NCBI GenBank assembly: GCA_965208835.1
Contig: OZ242358.1
Span: 2,432,001-2,496,000, forward strand
Source: Candidatus Latescibacterota bacterium
GTDB taxonomy: Bacteria > Latescibacterota > UBA2968 > GCA-2709665
DNA length: 64,000 bases
Direction: 5' to 3'
The notes beneath the pieces were generated by a model. It searched no databases. It had not been told where the DNA came from and worked only from the letters and a program-made list of their open reading frames with translations. Shown one piece after another: positions 59,595 through 64,000 of this stretch. Within the stretch, counting starts at the first letter, position 1; each line of letters begins with the position of its first letter. The position numbers and the translations under genes are program-made.

Positions 59595-59607
59595 TTAGGA
59601 GGGTTTT

Positions 59608-60009
59608 ATGTCAGTTGAGGATCTCATCAGGACGGTGATGACGGAATTCCGGCAAATCGTCAAGGCGGAGACGGTCGTGGGGGAGCCGATCGAAATCGGA
59701 GGCACCGTTGTGGTGCCCGTCTCCAGGATTTCTTTCGGGTTCGGCGCCGGTGGCGGTGCGGACAAGTCGGACGGCGGCGGGAGCGGCACCGGCGGCGGCG
59801 CATCCGTGGAACCCCTGGCATTTGTCGTGATTCGAGACGGAAAGGCCCAGATTCTTCCCGTCCAGGAAAAGGAAGGATCCATCAAGGGATTGTTGGACCT
59901 GGCGCCCGACCTTCTGGCGAAAGTGAAAGCCCTTAAGGAGAAGCGAGACCGGCGAAAAGCCGAGGCGGAAGCCGACGCGGATTCCGGTGACGACGACGTG
60001 AGCGCGTAG
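59608..60009 (+). CDS. GerW/YtfJ-family protein
   Basis: TVVGEPI, VPVSRISFGFGAGGG, GGGASVEP.AF.VI. Confidence 0.88.
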   Translation: MSVEDLIRTVMTEFRQIVKAETVVGEPIEIGGTVVVPVSRISFGFGAGGGADKSDGGGSGTGGGASVEPLAFVVIRDGKAQILPVQEKEGSIKGLLDLAPDLLAKVKALKEKRDRRKAEAEADADSGDDDVSA

Positions 60010-61238
60010 TGAACCGGCTTCTGCTGCTCATTCCGACGTCAACCTACCGAACCCGCGATTTCATGGCCGCGGCGGCCGCACTCGACGTCGCCGTAGTCGT
60101 GGGTTCGGACCGCCGGCAGGCGCTCGCGGGTCTGACACCCGGAAAGACGCTTGCGCTGGACTTCGCAAGACCGGCGGCCTCGGTCGAAAAGATCGTCGCC
60201 TTTTCGAAACGGTACCCTGTCCGGACGGTGGTGGGCGTCGATGACGAGACCGTCGTGCTTGCCGCGATGGCCTGCAGCGCGCTCGGACTTCCGCACAATC
60301 CGGTTCCGTCCGTCAGGGCTTCCCGCTACAAACACCTGATGCGCCAGATGCTTGCCGAGAAAGGCCTGCCCTCGCCGGGGTTCAGGCTTTTTTCAGTTCG
60401 GGACCAACCCGCCGCCGCCGCCGCGGCCGTCGACTATCCGTGCGTACTGAAGCCCGTTTCTCTCTCCGCGAGCCGCGGTGTGATTCGCGCGGATCAAAGA
60501 GCGGAATTCGTGACTGCATTCGATCGGATTCTCGAGTTGATTTCGGAGTCCGCAGACAGCTCGCACGAGGCCGGTGATTGCATTCTGGTGGAGGACTACA
60601 TCCCCGGCCGGGAGGTCGCGATGGAGGGACTGCTTGTCGACGGTGAACTGCAGACCCTCGCATTGTTCGATAAACCGGACCCGCTATGCGGGCCCTATTT
60701 TGCCGAGACCCTTTACACGACGCCGTCCCGGCTTCCTGAATGCGTTCAGGCGGGGATTAAAGGAACTGCGCAGGAAGCAACGCGCGCGCTCGGATTGACC
60801 GTGGGCCCGGTCCACGCGGAACTTCGGCTGAACACGCGTGGGATCTATGTCGTGGAGATTGCCGCGCGGTCCATCGGCGGGCTGTGTTCGCGGGTGTTGC
60901 GGTTTGGCGCGGGCGTGTCGCTGGAAGAACTGATTCTGCGCCAGGCGACGGGTCACGCTCCGGGCGATCTACGCAGGGAAAACGCCGCTGCCGGGGTCAT
61001 GATGCTGCCGGTGCCACGGGCGGGAACCCTACGGCGCGTCCGGGGTGCGGCGGGCGCACGGCGCGTGCCGGGAATTGTCGACGTCACGATAACCGTTCCA
61101 CGGGGCCAGCCCGTTCAGCCGCTGCCCGAGGGGGACCGGTATCTGGGGTTCATTTTTGCGCGCGGGAGGACACCCGAGACTGTGGAAACCGCGCTCCGGG
61201 AGGCCAACGGACTGCTCGAGGTCGTGATCGAGGGATGA
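60009..61238 (+). CDS. ATP-grasp ligase (amino acid ligase-like)
   Basis: YPCVLKP...SASRGV, LVEDYIPGREV..EG, HAELR, EIAARSIGG, GDRYLG. Confidence 0.85.
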   Translation: MNRLLLLIPTSTYRTRDFMAAAAALDVAVVVGSDRRQALAGLTPGKTLALDFARPAASVEKIVAFSKRYPVRTVVGVDDETVVLAAMACSALGLPHNPVPSVRASRYKHLMRQMLAEKGLPSPGFRLFSVRDQPAAAAAAVDYPCVLKPVSLSASRGVIRADQRAEFVTAFDRILELISESADSSHEAGDCILVEDYIPGREVAMEGLLVDGELQTLALFDKPDPLCGPYFAETLYTTPSRLPECVQAGIKGTAQEATRALGLTVGPVHAELRLNTRGIYVVEIAARSIGGLCSRVLRFGAGVSLEELILRQATGHAPGDLRRENAAAGVMMLPVPRAGTLRRVRGAAGARRVPGIVDVTITVPRGQPVQPLPEGDRYLGFIFARGRTPETVETALREANGLLEVVIEG

Positions 61239-61252
61239 GTGGCTGCGAACAG

Positions 61253-61292
61253 GCCGGTGGACCCGGGACAGGTTCGATCGGTTTCTTTCTTT
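61253..61292 (+). terminator. Possible intrinsic terminator between the convergent ATP-grasp and radical SAM genes
   Basis: Imperfect GCCGGTGGACC / GGTTCGATCGGT stem followed by TTCTTTCTTT. Confidence 0.35.
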
Positions 61293-61305
61293 ATGATCCT
61301 TCAGG

Positions 61306-62742
61306 TCAGACAAGAGCGAACTGCTCTTCGGTGGGCTCCGCTCAGCAGTACCAGGGTTCGGTGAGGCGGGGAAGCGATCGGCGGGTCGGGTCCGCATCGA
61401 TAACGACCCTTGGTGCCGGCCGGTCCAGCATCCCGTGCACATGCGACCTGATCCTGCGGAAGATCTCTCGCCGGGGGGCGTCGCTTTTCTGGAGCCGGGC
61501 GACCAGCCGGGTCAGTTCATTCTGGAGCCGGTCCAGACGGGCGTCGGGATGCGCCCACGGGTACAAGAGGGCTTCCGGCGTGAATGTGCCCACCAGATTG
61601 CGGACCTCGGCAAGTTCCAGCAGCCTTGATTCCCCGGGGATAAGCAGCCGGATGGTGAGTTGAACGGGCGAGACGTGTTCGATCAGGTCCAGTTCGGCGA
61701 GTGTGTTCAGAAAACGGGCATACCCCTCCAACGTGATCCAGGGCGTGAACGGGATAAACGTCGGATTCATCACGAGCCGATGTCTCTTGAAGAGCTCGAC
61801 GACCTCGAAGAAGTCGTCGACCGTGTGCCCTTTGTCCAGCAGCGCGAGAACGCGGTTGTCCAGAGACTCTACGGCGGTCGTAACGAGTGCGCACCCGGTA
61901 TCTCTGAGGAGGGGCAGATAGCGCCCATTCTTCAGCAGATGTTCGATCTTTACGGTGATGTCGTAGGTTAGGTCGGGAAATCTGTGGTGCAGTTTTTCGA
62001 CAAGCGGTACGGCGTGGCCGATTCCGTTGAAGAAGTCGGGATCGCCAAACGTGATGTGTTCCGCACCCGTGGCAACCTGTCTCGCAACGTCGTCCAGCAC
62101 GATCTCCGGTTGTACAATCCGGAACCTCCCGCCGTATACGGGCACAACCGGACAGTGGCGACAGAGATGCTTGCAGCCGCGGCTCGCCTCGGTATAGCCG
62201 ACGGTTTTCAGATGCCCGTCGCCCGTGGACAGCCGTGCGTAGCGGGAAAGGTCCGGAAGGCCTGCACGGTCGGGCGGAAGAAAACGCTGCCTGGCAACGG
62301 AAACGACCGGGTCTTCCTGGTCTCCAAGGGCGCCAGAATCCTCCCGCAGGCGATTGCACAGCTGAAGCAGTCCGTTTTCGAATTCACCACCAAGTATGGT
62401 CTGTGCGCCCATGCTTCTCAGGAAGGACTCGTTGACCGAAGCATAGAGACCGTAGAAACAGAGATGTGCGTCGGAATTCAGTTTACGTACCCTTGAGACC
62501 AGTGGAACAGCAAGGCGCGTCGCGGTATGCATTGGCACGTAAAAGGCCACCAGATCGGCGTCGCGAACGTCGTCAGAAGGGAAGTCGACTATGGAAACGT
62601 CGGCCTGGACCACATCGATGTCCGCCCTCCGCAGCCACGCAGCCGGCGAGGCCAGACCGAATGGCTGTCGACCCAGTTCGTAGGTGGACACGAGTACGGC
62701 TTTGAACGGACGCGATTGGCTTGTGGTCGTCATGGGTCGCAT
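61306..62742 (-). CDS. CUAEP-tail radical SAM selenoprotein; in-frame UGA (Sec) at 61344-61342; start 62742 or 62733
   Basis: B12-binding-like N-terminal domain and CKHLCRHC motif. Tail reads TAC TGC TGA GCG GAG CCC ACC GAA GAG CAG TTC GCT CTT GTC TGA = YC-U-AEPTEEQFALV*. Confidence 0.88.
61312..61328 (-). promoter_or_regulatory. Candidate bacterial SECIS hairpin
   Basis: AAGAGC-AGUUC-GCUCUU stem-loop starting at +14 after the UGA, with a G-containing loop. Confidence 0.55.
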
Positions 62743-62745
62743 ACC

Positions 62746-62798
62746 AAAACAAACGGCAGACGACGGGGAGGTGCCCCTTGAAGTCTGCCGTTTGTTTT
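62746..62798 (-). terminator. Long hairpin between nfuA and the radical SAM gene (terminator, attenuator or stabiliser)
   Basis: Perfect 16-bp inverted repeat AAAACAAACGGCAGAC / GTCTGCCGTTTGTTTT with an inner GGGG/CCCC stem. Confidence 0.6.
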
Positions 62799-62807
62799 CT
62801 GCCGATA

Positions 62808-63392
62808 TTACTTCGAGGTCTGGTAGTAGGGGTTTGTGCCGTCCGCGTGTTCGGTAATGTCGAGAATCTCTTTGATTTCCGGCACGGCCTCCTTGATCAG
62901 GACCTCGACACCCTGCTTGAGTGTCACGTCCACCATGCCGCAGCCCTGGCATCCGCCTCCGAACTGGATGTACGCTTTGTCGTCCTTCACATCGATCAGC
63001 GAGATATGGCCGCCGTGCATGGCCACGCTGGGATTGATCTTCTCGTCGATGATGTTCTGGATCTTCTCGGCGGCCGTGCCTTTCAGATGCGGAGGAACTT
63101 TGTTGGGATTCTCGATTTTGAATCCTCTGCCCATCAGGCTGTCCACAAAGTCCAGCGTAATGTCCTCGGCATAGGGAGCGCTTACCGGGTCAATGTAGAT
63201 ATTGAACCCTTCGAACGGCGTGACGGCGTCGTCGTCCTCTTCCTGACCGCGGGCGACGAACGCGAGCCGGTAATTGGCCTGCAGCGGGGACACCGCCTCG
63301 GCCTTGACGCGAACGCCAACGATGTCCGTTTCCTGGCTCCCGATCAGGTTGACAACTTCCTTCTGCGCGGCTTCGGTAACGGTAATATTCAT
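62808..63392 (-). CDS. nfuA: Fe-S cluster carrier NfuA (degenerate A-type domain + Nfu domain)
   Basis: ITVTEAA, GFKIENPN, INPSVAMHGG, FGGGCQGCGM, D.TEHA.G.NPYY. Confidence 0.88.
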   Translation of the reverse strand: MNITVTEAAQKEVVNLIGSQETDIVGVRVKAEAVSPLQANYRLAFVARGQEEDDDAVTPFEGFNIYIDPVSAPYAEDITLDFVDSLMGRGFKIENPNKVPPHLKGTAAEKIQNIIDEKINPSVAMHGGHISLIDVKDDKAYIQFGGGCQGCGMVDVTLKQGVEVLIKEAVPEIKEILDITEHADGTNPYYQTSK

Positions 63393-63432
63393 ATCGACCT
63401 TCCCCTCGGAGAGATTGGCAGTGGCGGGACGG

Positions 63433-63927
63433 TCAGGATTCCAGCGCCACAGCTGACCTTGCGGGTTGTTCCCGGTCTATCTTTTCCTGGATCTTCATCA
63501 GCGCGGACAGCAGATCTTCGGGTCGGGGCGGACAGCCGGGCACGTAGACATCGACCGGCAGAAACTGGTCCACGCCCTGTACCAGCGTATAGGTATTGAA
63601 GACACCTCCGGACGACGCGCACGCGCCCATCGAAATCACCCATTTCGGATCCGGCATCTGGTCATATATCTTCTTGAGTACCGGCATCATCTTGATTGAT
63701 ATCCGGCCCGATACGATGAGCAGGTCGGACTGGCGGGGCGAAAACCGCACGGCTTCCGCGCCGAACCGGGCCATGTCGAAGCGCCCGGAGAGTGTCGCCA
63801 TCATTTCGATGGCGCAGCAAGCCGTGCCGAATGGCATCGGCCACAGAGACGACTTGCGCGCCCAGTTTATCATCTTTGAAAGCGTGGTAGTAATTACGTT
63901 GTCGCCAAGGCCCGTTTCAAGTCCCAT
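63433..63927 (-). CDS. nuoB: NADH-quinone oxidoreductase subunit B
   Basis: [52 protein letters not shown]. Confidence 0.92.
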   Translation of the reverse strand: MGLETGLGDNVITTTLSKMINWARKSSLWPMPFGTACCAIEMMATLSGRFDMARFGAEAVRFSPRQSDLLIVSGRISIKMMPVLKKIYDQMPDPKWVISMGACASSGGVFNTYTLVQGVDQFLPVDVYVPGCPPRPEDLLSALMKIQEKIDREQPARSAVALES

Positions 63928-64000
63928 TGAACACCTCTGAAAGGATGTCTGGATTCGTCCTGTATCTCTTACGACGGCGTGGGCGGGTCCCCGCGATACG

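Noticed and set aside
62743-62952. N-terminal extension of the radical SAM ORF in the track (similar extensions at 33578-33910, 42725-42901, 54448-54939)
   Set aside because: These run through nfuA, a hairpin, repeat elements or an upstream gene. Family-typical sequence begins at the downstream ATGs.

Overview
GC-rich (roughly 60% by eye) bacterial chromosome segment with about 48 protein-coding genes. I recognised no rRNA, tRNA, CRISPR array or intact transposase. The gene mix suggests, by inference, a Candidatus Latescibacterota-like, possibly host (sponge)-associated organism. That mix includes three DUF6785-type membrane proteins, a C-terminal dockerin/EF-hand tag, FN3/Kelch/TPR surface proteins, and many amidohydrolases, AKRs and Gfo/Idh/MocA enzymes. 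Housekeeping and metabolic genes include thrC, hpnCDE, cobO, ltaE, ggt, aspC, a phosphohexomutase, nfuA and nuoB. Strongest finding: the radical SAM gene at about 61.3-62.7 kb is annotated as stopping at WYC-TGA but almost certainly reads through as a selenoprotein (tail WYC-U-AEPTEEQFALV, with a SECIS-like hairpin). It lies downstream of a lone nuoB plus nfuA and faces an ATP-grasp ligase, forming a candidate uncharacterised metalloid or natural-product system. Other highlights: a lyase-comA-2xDUF6785 catabolic locus, a LecA-like lectin coupled to a split ABC transporter, a structured 5' leader, a pseudo-receiver NtrC activator, an MNT relic upstream of HicBA, and at least four families of non-autonomous MITE-like repeats that often begin exactly at stop codons. 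All family assignments come from motif recognition, not database searches.
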